The translations under genes and the position numbers were made by a program. Shown here piece by piece: positions 1-11,454 of a stretch of DNA of 64,000 nt; position 1 is the stretch's first letter, and each line of letters starts with the position of its first letter. The notes beneath the pieces were generated by a model. The model was not told where the DNA came from and ran no database searches. It was given only the letters and a program-made list of their open reading frames with translations. The DNA comes from Mytilus californianus. Lineage: Eukaryota. The stretch lies in contig NW_026262701.1 in assembly GCF_021869535.1 (NCBI RefSeq), positions 16,554,001 to 16,618,000 of the forward strand. Reading direction: 5' to 3'.

Positions 1-100
1 ACTGTGTTGAATACCCATTGGTTGCCTTGGACTGTTTTCTGCTCTTTGGTCGGGTTGTTGTTGTCTCTTTGACACATTCCCCATTTTAATTCTCAATTGT
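1..100. repeat. End of an abundant interspersed non-autonomous repeat (HINE-like)
   Basis: The motif CTGCTCTTTGGTCGGGTTGTT...GACACATTCCCCATTT recurs at ~2205-2250, and partly at ~8100-8130. Confidence 0.45.
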
Positions 101-610
101 ATGCTTGGATAGTTTAACGTACTAAAATTTGCACTTCTCATTTTCATGGAGATTATTTGGCCTCGCCCGCTAAGTCATTATATCTTGACTTTGATGTTTA
201 CGGCATATTTAACATGTCAAAGTTTTTAACTTGTTACTTGTATTGGGCCAGTCAGTTTAAAGGGAACCACGTATGGTTAGTGAAAGATATGTGGTATGCA
301 GTTGCATTAGCATAGACACATCTCATGTCCACGATGACGATTCAGCCGCGCATGTTGTATCGACACGGTCAAATTATCCCCGAAAGGTTTTAGCTTAAAT
401 GCTAAGCAGAATTACAAAACCAACCTGAACGACTCGCGGCTGATATATTCAAGTATAGAAGTCGTAATAATCTATTCATTTATACGTCCGTACATTTGTC
501 TTTTACTTCTTATGAATTGTTTCGTTGCGTATTTACCCTCTGAATTTAAGCTCTGATTTCCCTGTTTACGTATATTTGTATGTATTTCTACCTGATAAAT
601 TTATATGTAC

Positions 611-946
611 CTTTTACAGCCAACCTGACGTAGTTATACAAGGTTTCATTAACCGTGTCAACAGTACAACAATATAACCCCGCATCTTGGAAACTACTGT
701 TTGAAATTTCTAAATCATATTTTTCTCCACCTTCTTCGCCTATAATTCGAAGTCTTTCATGGAATGGTAATTTATTATTTATTCTCCAGCCATCTGTATA
801 TGTTATGCCTATTCCTGTAGATGTATCCCTGTTTCCATTCAGATTAAGCCATTGAATTATTCTGTTTCCCAGTATATTCCGGCATGGTAGGTAAACAGAA
901 TCGCCAACTATACATCTGATTTCAGGATATTGATCAGAAAATACTG
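611..946 (-). CDS. Internal exon encoding an Ig V-set domain (host gene; other exons not identified)
   Basis: Translation has V-set hallmarks: G-D-S-V-Y-L-P-C, I-Q-W, Y-D-L-E-I-S-N, D-A-G-L-Y-C-C and a terminal V-R-L-A-V. Polypyrimidine acceptor TTTTTTCAG|CAG at 947/944, donor AAG|GTACAT at 610; both junctions are phase 1. Confidence 0.85.
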
Positions 947-1001
947 CTGAAAAAAGAAAGCAACGGATGCTTATAAAAAGCCACATATACACTAAATGTA
1001 C

Positions 1002-1006
<5 letters not shown>

Positions 1007-1033
<27 letters not shown>
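1007..1033. repeat. (TA)n microsatellite
   Basis: Direct inspection; similar tracts at ~6148-6170 and ~7040-7060. Confidence 0.9.
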
Positions 1034-2689
1034 TCTAGGCACTTTATATAAATATATATATTATATAAACAAGTCTAAATTGAAAACAACGTTCTAATCT
1101 ATTATATATATATACATTATACTAATGTAGTAGCCATGTAAATATGATACAATATTGTACAATGTTGTACATTCATTTATAGAATATCAATCTAAACTTA
1201 ACTAGTCTTCCTGTGATCTTTCTATTTAAATACCTTTAACCAAACATGCATATAATGAGATAAAAACGAAGACATCCATTCAATCCAATGTCCATTAGTG
1301 TATATAATGATTACTTATTGTTATATTTTGAATACATTGGAAATTAAGGAAACAATGTTATTCATAGCTATGTATTTCCCGTTTCCGTAATCAATTGAAC
1401 TTGGGGAAAAAAACGAAAGCAAAACAATGAATGATGATTGTTATTGAATACATTGTACTTCCGTCGTTGTCACGTATTTTAAAATTAATAGTATTTTTAG
1501 TATGTTTTGGTAAGAGGAAATATTGATGAAAATCTAGCAAAATTGATGGTTTCGATTGTATTTCCGTTTAGTTAATTTAACACATACACTGTATAGAGAT
1601 ATTGTCTTTGGTATGGCAATAAATGATATTTAATTGAATGCAGATACAGTTTTGATTTTTAAATTTCACTGGTTATTGAATTCAACACTTTTGGACCACT
1701 GAAAGAAAAACTTGATTTGTATAATTCTGTATTTGATAAAAGGAACAATAAAATTATTTGATGATGAAAGTCGAGTATTGTATGATTGTTTACTATTTGT
1801 AGGCACAATGAGATTTGGTATATATTTTGGTGCCAGTTTGTGTTTTGATTTATGCATTATTAATGACATGTAGGAAATAATGTTTAATTATTCATTTTAC
1901 TGTGCGTATTGCTGTGTGTTTGTTTATTCTACATTGGTTAGAGGTATAGGAGGAGGGTTGAGATCGCACAAAACATGTTTAACCCCACCGCATTTTTACG
2001 CCTGTCCCAAGTCAGGAAATTCCGGCCTCTGTTAGTCTTTATGGTTTTTTTTTTAAATTTCGGTTCATTTATATGTTTCGGAGTTTAGTGTAACGTCTAT
2101 TTTCTCTGTACACATTTTTGTTTATGTACCAGCTGAGGCACGCATGCGGATGCGGGATTTTCTCGCTGTACGTGTTAAAGACCCATAGGTGGCCTTGGAT
2201 TTTTTTCTGCTCTTTGGTCGGGTTGTTCACACATTGCCCGTTTCCAATCGTAATTTTATTTTTTACAGAGCCGCGTGTAGACAGTAGCGTGCCTCTTCGT
2301 GCTTAAGGTTTATGCTCTGATAATATACAAGATAGTTGAGTATGTGTCCGAGCGAGAACTTTTCAATGGTCATTACTTTAGGAATATTTATCTTAAACTC
2401 ATATTTCACTGTTCATTCCCATTCTTCTTTTAAGTCAGACGTCAGGCGCTACTCTGATATACCCTGTCTTTTGTTTTTGTACTCTGGTTTTTTAGTTTAT
2501 ACATTTTGTCGGTACTTTCTGACGGATAGCGGTTTTACCGGATTCAATTCCTGTGTGTTGGTTAATATTCTAGACGCCAGTCTTTGCTCCTTTCAATTAC
2601 AAATACGGATAACAAAATGAAATTCAGATTATGGAAACATACTAAATACCAAATTCGTTCCAAGGTTATCTACACGTCTCAATCTTCAA

Positions 2690-3150
2690 AATCGCTTACA
2701 TCCCGTCATTGTGTTATTGTTCTATGGTAAAAATTTTGAATTCTTGTCTTTCATTTTTGCTAATGTGCTTTGTCTATATGCCTTTTTGTGTTTCTTTTTT
2801 TTACATATTTGTTTGTTTTTAAGTGATTAAGATTATAACACAATGTTGACTGCTGTACCCTTATTTTTGACATGTTTACCTATTATGTCTGTTTGTTTTG
2901 TTCACACACCGTTGTCAATATAATGGAATTTTATGCGACTGTCATACAAGTGAGAGATTTAGCTAGCTACAAAACTAGGTTTAATCCACCATTTTCTACA
3001 TAAGAAAATGCCTGTACCAAGTCAGGAGTATGACAGTTGTTATCCATTCGTTTGATGTGTTTGAGCTTTTGATTTTGCCATTTGATTCGGGACTTTCCGT
3101 TTTGAATTTTCCTCGGAGTTTGGTATTTTTGTTATAATTTTAATTTTTAT
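2690..3150. repeat. Interspersed non-autonomous repeat, second copy at ~10440-10900
   Basis: Shared blocks ...TATAATGGA.TT..ATGCGACTGTCATACAA...TTTAGCTAGCTA...CCAAGTCAGGA.TATGACAGTT in both places. Confidence 0.6.
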
Positions 3151-3942
3151 TCAAATATACTACAATCGCTAACATATTTAATTAAGATATAATGCAAGGG
3201 GGCTTGAATTTATTGTGATTTTATTATTGAGGGGTTTAAATACCCCATAAATTTGAAAGTATCATACATAAACACTTCAAGAAGCACAATCATATATTTA
3301 ACAGTTCAACCTTTAGAAATAGTAAATAAGCAGTCGGGGGAATCTCATTCAAAAATTGTACGATCACGGAAAATAGTTGAATTAAATTGGATAAAAACAT
3401 TATAGACAGTCTATCCTATCAGTCTAAATGATAATATTTAAAATATAATTCTAAAACTGTTTGGATATAGTTTCTGAAACTGTTTTGAAAAAAAACGTCC
3501 CCATGGGCGTTGAATAAATCGCAATCAGAGAAAATTCGTACCAACAATACAAATATTTCGGACCTAACTTCTGTTTGAAAAACAACGGCAGGCATCATCT
3601 ATTAACCAATCTCTGTTCTTTACCTTAATAGATCTATTCCTCGTATCAAACATAACCTAAAAGTACTCGCCAAAGAATTTGTTTTTGTCCCGACTTTTAA
3701 GGGTGCCAATAATATGATTATTATTTTACGTACATATTACGTTGAGGTTCTGCAAAAATAATTCAACAATTCACCATCATTATAACTGACTCCCATTTTC
3801 GGAAACAGACATAAACTTTTAGCTACTTCTTTATAGGCAACACCGAATAACATGAAAGTTCAAACTATGTACTATCTTCCGAAGCTGCACAAAACACCTT
3901 ACAAATATAGATTTATTTCGTCTTAAAGTCATTGTTCCCCTA

Positions 3943-5946
3943 CACTACAAACCAGTAAAAGTCTGAGATGGCCTATATCTGTACTCGACTGTACTGATTT
4001 TTACTCGACCAGTCTGAACTGGTCTGAAATTTACTTGATAATACTCGACTGTAGTCTAAACCATACTTAACAGTTTGAACTTGTACTCGACCAGTACTTA
4101 ACCATTTTATACGCGTCTGAACCGTGCTCGACCTAGTCTGGAACCGTGCTCGACCTAGTCTGAACCATGCTCGACCTAGTCTGAACCATACTCGACCTAG
4201 TCTGAACCATACTCGACCAAGTCTTAACCAACCTAGACCTATTTTTTGTATCTATCTATTGTATTTCATCAATTTAGGAACTGTTTTTAACAACAGCTAT
4301 TTCCCCTGGCTAGAAATTTGAACAACAATTTGAAATTAAAAATGTATTCAATATAGCATTAAAACCAAAATTTCACAATGAACATAATATAACTTCATCA
4401 CCATATTCATCAACACTTATATACATACATATATATCACCTTTAAAATTAAAATAAAACAAGCTGATCAAATAATCTCAAAACTGAATTGTGACTAATAT
4501 TTTCAATGTTATTCAAAATTTTTTGAATGTTTCAGATATATTTTATGGTTACTACTGGACAATTTTCACCATTAACTTAAGCCTCGTATAGATTTATGGT
4601 GTCAGTCGAGTTAAGTTAATAATGCAGTGAACATTTTTTTTTATTAAAATATATATAAAATAGCATATAAAGTAACTTAATAAATTTTAAAAATGACACT
4701 TTTGTTTTGTTAAACCAAGAATTTAATATAATCATGATAATAGAACTTCCATAGTAATTATTCCTGTGATAACTATTAAAAAAGGAAATGTGTTCCAAAG
4801 TTACAGTAAAAATTTATTTCAATTAAATTTATATAATTTTTGTCAAAATTAAAGACATGGCATACAAGAAGCACTTTGATAAGGTTTAATTGCCTCAGTA
4901 CATGTGTGTTTTACAGGTAAAAAGAAAGCCCTATTTTTCTTAAACTCGTGTATTACTTATCTAGTGAATTAAAAAAAGGCCTTGCGATTTAAGTTTCACA
5001 AGATGTTGCAAATTTGAATGAATGTTAATCATGTTAATTAGAATTTAATACTCTCTGACCATGTTGTGATCTTTTTAATGAGTTTGCCCCAAGCAGGAGG
5101 TATTACTTTATACTTCACCACTAATCAGAAGAAAAATTTTATTAATTTCTTTAATTTTTATCCCTTTTTGATATATATTGTATATAATATATCCCAAATT
5201 ATAATAATAGATGTATTTCTAAAATAAGGTTAAACAATTTCAGTGATTTTGTTGGCTGTTGTTACCTCATTAAAAAGATAATTATATAACTATTGTACAT
5301 TTTTTATATGTAACCATGAAACCTATGTAGTTTTTATTTAGGAATTAAGGAAAATTAATTTAAAAAAAAACACATGCCAAACAAGAAGCACCTTAATAAG
5401 GTTTAATTACCCTCAGTATAGGTGTGGTTTTTAGGTAAAAGAAAATCTTTTTTTAACAAAACTCTAAAATTTTAAAATGAATATAATTAAATTATTATAT
5501 AAGATAATTTGATTTAACTATCTCTATTCCATAAATCTGAGAATCATGTAAGAATGTAAAAATCTGTTTTTATAATATATCTTTATTTTATTGTGTCTGT
5601 TGTCATGTCAGTTAAAAAGAAATTTATTTTAACAGTTTGGTCCAGTATGGTTCAGACTGGTCGAGTATTGTTCAGACCTTTGGTCGAGTATGGTTTAGAC
5701 TGAAAAAAAAAAGTTCGAGTACAGGTCGAGAATGGGTTAAGACTGTTTCAGACTGGTCGAGTAATAGTTCAGACTATTTTCAATGGCAAAGATAAGGGTC
5801 AAGTACAAATCAGTACAGTCGAGTATGGTTAAGACTGGGGTCGAGTACTGTCGAGTAAAATTCAGACCAATTCAGACTGGTCGAGTAAAAATCAGTACAG
5901 TCGAGTACAGATATAGGCCATTTCAGACTTTTACTGGTTTGTAGTG
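3943..5946. mobile_element. Non-autonomous CACTA (CMC-EnSpm) DNA transposon, 2004 bp
   Basis: Termini CACTACAAACCAGTAAAAGTCTGA... / ...TCAGACTTTTACTGGTTTGTAGTG, with over 70 bp of near-perfect TIR, many subterminal ACTCGAC/GTCGAGT repeats, and a 3-bp TSD CTA (3940-3942, 5947-5949). Confidence 0.9.
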
Positions 5947-6334
5947 CTACTAAATTATCGGAATTCCAATAGGGACTAACTGTGCACCACTTATTGCGGA
6001 CCTGTTTCTGTATTGTTATGAGTTACAATTTATGACTAAAATAAATAAAGACCCATCGAAACAACATCTGTTACAAAAATTTAATAACACTTTTAAATAT
6101 TTGGATGATATATTGGCTCTCAATAATGACGACCTCAGTATGTATACTATATATATATATATATATATATAAAGAGATTTATCCGGCTGAACTGACTTTA
6201 AATAAAACTAATACTAACAATGAACACTGCCCTTTTCTGGATCTTGATATATATGTATCTTTAACAAGAAGCTTAATACCAAAACTAATGATAAAAGAGA
6301 TGATTTTTCATTTCCTATTGTTAATTATATATTA

Positions 6335-6433
6335 TAGATACAATGCATACGCGTTGATTCTTGAAAAAGAAACCATGAGCCTGGAAAGCGAATGGTTTGT
6401 TTTTCATGAATCAACGCTTATGCATTGCATCTA
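6335..6433. repeat. 99-bp foldback (42-bp arms, 4 mismatches, 15-nt loop)
   Basis: 6335-6376 is the reverse complement of 6392-6433 at 38/42 positions. Confidence 0.8.
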
Positions 6434-8129
6434 TAACTTAAATTATTGTGTTGATGTCTTTTACAAATTAAAGCCTTTACGTAATTAGAAGGTTATTGTA
6501 AGTGAGTTTAAATTACCACTTTATCATGTTCAACGATGTGTTATTAAATCTAAGTTACCAATTAATTGTTTAGAGAAATACAAATATAACATAACACATC
6601 TGTCTTTAATTTACCAAGTATCTGAATATTGTCCGTAATTTACAAAATAAGACATATTCGGATTTTTTTTTAAGTACATGTATATATGATAAGTATGTTA
6701 CCGAAATTTCTAGCAAGTAGCCTAATTCTAGGCACATCATTATTTACTCGCATAGTAATTTGCCAATAAACATTTGGAAAATTATGTAGTAAAACAGATG
6801 AAATCATACTATATTAATTAAACAAAAAAACGGAAAAACTAAAGAATAGGGCTTCAAAGAGAATATAGGGATTCGAACCTAAACCGACAAGTCTCTACCT
6901 TAACTTGACTCTTTTAACTCATTGATCTTAAGCATGCTAACCTCGCGTCTACCAACTTATACTATACGATTCCCTATTATGTATGTACAAAGATACAAGC
7001 CATATTTGTCCCTTGCACCGACTTATATCACATGTTCATTTATATATATATATATATATAATACACATCTAAATTGCAACCCATTGGTAGCCGAGATGTA
7101 TCGTCGATGTATTGATGTCAGTCACACATAGTTGATTTCAAGGAGTTCGATTCCCAGTGAAGGCATATGAAATTACAAAAATGAAAAGTAAGTTTTTAAA
7201 TTAATTTCATTAGTGAACAGAAATCATTGAATGAGCCAATTCAAACTTAATGAAATTAGGCACACAAAGGAAACAATTGAACATCATTTGGTGAATCCAT
7301 TTCAGCGACAGATTTAGGAAGCGTTGATTTTAGAAAAAGAATCCACGGTAAATGAATAGCCTGACGTCACGACAATGGTTTAACAATGTTTTGACAGCGA
7401 CGTTCCCTTGTTACCATCTCATGGTGTTTATATATCTCAACTTGTTCGATTCGCTCGCGTATTTAACAAAGTATTGATTTAAACGAAAGAAAATCTCTGT
7501 ATTACTAAAAATTATCACACTAGCGTTTTCGATATCACAAACTAGTCAAAACATGTACTAAATGTTATCATCGGTACAAGGAAATTATTCGTAAATATAA
7601 ATCAACATACAGACATCTTATACGTTTAGGGATTTCACATTCAATCTTTTATGGTAATATCCTTTACAAAGCACAAAAATGTCGACATTCACCTCAAAAG
7701 CCAACCAAATCTTTAAACAGACTTATTCAGAAGGGATATAGTTACGATACTGTTGTCAGGTCATTAAAGATGGCATATCCTGGTATTAATATTGATTCAC
7801 TCATAGGTTCTTTGCATTGGAAATAAACAAATGTATTCTAAAACCAGTTGTTGACATGATACGGGTTATGTTCTTCTCATATATTTTATGATGGTATGAT
7901 ACTAAACACCTAACGGGAGGGATTGTGCTTAATTTTCATATGATGAAGACATAATCTTTCAATCAGTTTAAATGATGTCTGGAGCTGGCATGTCAGTAAC
8001 TGTTAGTAGTCCTTTGATAATTTAAATATCATTGTCATTTTGCTTAGTTTATTTTGTTACCTATTCTGACATCGGACTCGGGCTTCTTTTAAACTGAGTT
8101 TGACGCATTCCCCATTTCCATTCTCAATT

Positions 8130-9095
8130 TTATGTCTATTCTCCTTACTAGTACACTTGGTACAAACAAAAAGCTGGTAATAAATTGTTCAAATAAGGCC
8201 TTTGTAAATGGTGGAATTAATTACTTTTTGGGTGTCAAAAATTCGTTGGAGGGACTTGATAAATTGCTTGCTCATATTGGTGATTTCGAATCTGTTCAAC
8301 GTTTTGCTTTTTCTACCCTGTATACCACTTTGCCTTATAATCTCATTAAGAAAAAATCACAAATCAAATTATTTGGCATTAAAAAAATCAGAATGCCAAT
8401 ATATATATGATCAAACTCTTTTATATCATTTTTCAGTAGCAACAAATAAAAGAAATAATTTCAATTAGACCTGCTATGATACGATAACTGCACTTCAATT
8501 TTTACTTTATAAAATTTTTGTTTGCTATGTAGATTCCGTATATCGTCAAGTTATCGGAATTATAATCATGGGGACTTACTCTGCACCACTTATAGCGCAC
8601 CTGTTTCTGTATTTGAACGAGTTACAAATTATGACTAAAATCAACAAAGACCCACCGAAACAACATCCGATACAAAAATTTAATAACACTTTTAGATATT
8701 TGGATGATATATTAGCTCTCAATAATGACAACTTTATTATGTACACTAAATAGTTTTATCCTGCTGAACTGACTTTAAATAAAGCGTATACTAACAATGA
8801 ACACTGCCCTGTCCTAGATCTTGATATCTATATCTTTAACGGGAAACTTAATACCAAAATTAAGGATAAAAGAGATATTTTTTTTTCACTTCCTATTGTT
8901 TATTATTCAATTTAAATGGTGATGTTCCCTTGTCACAATCTTATGGTGTTTATATATATAAACTTGATAGATTCTCTCGTATAATGTAAGAACGTATATT
9001 TGAGTTTAACGAAAGAAATCTCTTTATTACTGAAAAATTATTACACCAAGGTTTTTGATATTACAAATTGACAAAACATTTACTAAATTTTATCT
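8130..9095 (+). mobile_element. Degenerate Penelope-like RT copy 2
   Basis: ORF pieces 8132-8410 and 8568-8753 (MGTYSAPLIAHLFLYLNE...FRYLDDILALNN), homologous to copy 1, with frameshifts and stops. Confidence 0.75.
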
Positions 9096-9096
9096 C

Positions 9097-10055
9097 TGGA
9101 GGTCCACGACCAACTTCGAACAGACTAAAAACATTCGTAGTGAAGTTGTAGCAAAAACTGGTCGTAGTAGAAGCGAGGGAGGTTGTAGTTAGGACGTAGT
9201 GAGATCGAGATAGGCGTAGAAGCATCGTATTGGAAATCGTGGTGCAATCGGGAACCCAATGTTGATATAAAAACGGTAATTAAGTTCTACCAGTAGTTCA
9301 ACCATGGACACACATGGGCAAAACCTACTTCTGCAGTCTTTAATTCAGCTGCACTGTATCGATTAAACTGATCAGGCTACACTTTTGGTAATAAGAAAAA
9401 GGAGAAGATATAGTAGACAGCGTTGATTCTGTTGGGTGCGTCCTTGACTTTCTGTTGAAAGAAGACTCGAGCTTGGTCTTTACGACAGACTTTTGAAAGA
9501 ATTAAGGATGGAGAATCAACAGTCATTCATTAATTTTAAGGAAGTCTCCAGACATTTTTGTGAACATTTGAACAGAATTTCCTCGAATTCAGAAGATAGA
9601 CACCCGATTCAGAAAGGCACTATATTCCGGTCTGAAAGTTGCTATTAGCTTAAGGCGACAGGTATCCAACCCTTCTGTACGACTTCAGAATACTTTTATT
9701 CGTGAGATTTGCCAGGCAATTGTTCATGAATATAAAGATGAAGTCATGTCCTGTCCAACAGAACCAAATGAATGGCGAGCTATTGCCAAAGAATTTCAGA
9801 GAAGATGAAACGTGCCACAAGCACACTCAATGGAAAGTGTGTTGCCATTAGAAGCCGGGGATTAAAGCTGAGCCTTGTTTCATAACTAAAAACTAAAAAC
9901 AAATTATAAGTGCTCCTTGCCTTGGTGGATGCAGACTTCAAATTTTAATGGATAGATGTATGAGGATATGGTTCCTTGTCGAACGCCCAGATCTGCAACG
10001 CGCCAGAATTAGAGAACTGTGTTTGAAAGATAAGACTATTGGATTTCCAGATTCA
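9097..10055 (+). pseudogene. PIF/Harbinger transposase remnant
   Basis: Manual translation gives LYDRLLKELRMENQQSFINF..., IREICQAIVHEYKDEVMSCPTEPNEWRAIAKEFQRR*NVP and LLALVDADFKF*WIDV, typical of Harbinger DDE transposases. GTCGTAG-type subterminal repeats at ~9150-9250. Many stops. Confidence 0.7.
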
Positions 10056-10059
10056 GGTC

Positions 10060-10330
10060 CCTTACAGATCTAATGCCGACCTGAACATGCCATGGGATAT
10101 ACTCAACTCATTTGGTATTCAAGAGCATGCAGTTGCTTCCCAGAAATTTTCAAACGTCACCAGTGTTTGAGCAGAAAGTTGATGAAATTAGGTTATGTCA
10201 AAGAACGTCTCGCCATTTTTCTCAAAAAATTCATCGGAAGATATCAAGATCTTGTTGATAAATATTCCGTATCAACTTCACAAATAATACATGATGGTCT
10301 TGATGTATAAATTCTATGTACTGACGTTGT
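10060..10330 (+). mobile_element. PLE C-terminal fragment
   Basis: ORF 10092-10310 (YTQLIWYSRACS...RHQCLSRKLMKLGY...FIGRY) resembles the post-RT region of Penelope-like elements. Confidence 0.55.
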
Positions 10331-11454
10331 TTATCATCTTAATAACGTGTTATAGTGTTCTTTTACTTGTCTTTGTAAATTATTAACTTTCATTGTTTAG
10401 TCCATATGTTGTAATATTATATTGACGTGGCTCGGTACTTATGCATCCCGCCAATGTGTTGTTGTGCTGTGGTCATATTTGTATTCTCGTCTTTCATTTT
10501 TGCTTATGTGCTTTGTCTACATGCCATTTCGTTTTTCTTTGTTGACATATTTTTTTGTTTTATAGTAATTAAGATGATAACACAATCTTGATTAATGTAC
10601 CCCTATATTGTTTTACATTTTTACCTTGTATTATGTCTGGTTGGTTTTTTTTCACAAATTGTTTTCAATATAATGGATTTCTATGCGACTGTCATACAAA
10701 TGATAAAGTGGTTTAGCTAGCTATGAAATCAGGTTTTTCCACCATTCTCTCGTGACATAAGGAAATGCCTATACCAAGTCAGGATTATGACAGTTTGTTT
10801 CCATGTGTTTGATGTGTTTGTGCTTTTGATAATTGCCATTTGATAAGGGACTTGACATTTCTTGGATAGAGCAGGTGCGAATTTTTTTAAATTTGCGTTT
10901 TCTGTCTTAGATAAATTCACTACGATATAACTGTTTTCTCGGAGCAATTTTTGCTATATGTCTGTTTTGTTTTACTAACGTCATTCTGTCGGACTGTTCA
11001 ATATGACTGGCCAAGTGAGCTTTTCTCATCACTAGGCGTCCGTCGTCGTCGTCGTTCGTTAACTTTTAAAAAGTCTTCTCCTCTGAAGCTACAGGGTCAA
11101 ATGTAATCAAACTTGGCCACAATCATCATTGGGGCATCTAGTTGCCAACATCGTTGGGCTAAATTTGAGACGAGTTATATATATATTGTACAAAACATAT
11201 TGGTTAATACAATTTGGATAAAATGTAATGTGTAATTTAATTAATTACTTTAGTAAAGTCATAATAATTTAATTAATTACATTTCAAAAACTGTGAAATG
11301 GTAAGCAGTGTAATTGATCATTTTTGCAATGTAATGTGTAATTTAATTAATTACATTCCTATGTAATTGACCCCAAGTCTGACAGACACTAAATAGACTA
11401 AACGATCAGCAATATAAAGATAAATTAATTCTGTTCTCGTCTATAATGATGGAG

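Larger units (their letters stand above)
3840..8100 (+). mobile_element. Degenerate Penelope-like (PLE) retroelement copy 1, interrupted by the CACTA element and a ~6330-7390 insertion
   Basis: Conceptual fragments YYLPKLHKTPYKYRFIS, GIP(M)GTNCAPLIADLFLYCYE, FKYLDDILALNN, and at ~7400 DVPLLPSHGVYISQLVRFAR. Boundaries approximate. Confidence 0.75.

Noticed and set aside
2280-2620. Possible coding remnant
   Set aside because: Both strands give broken frames with no motif I can assign.
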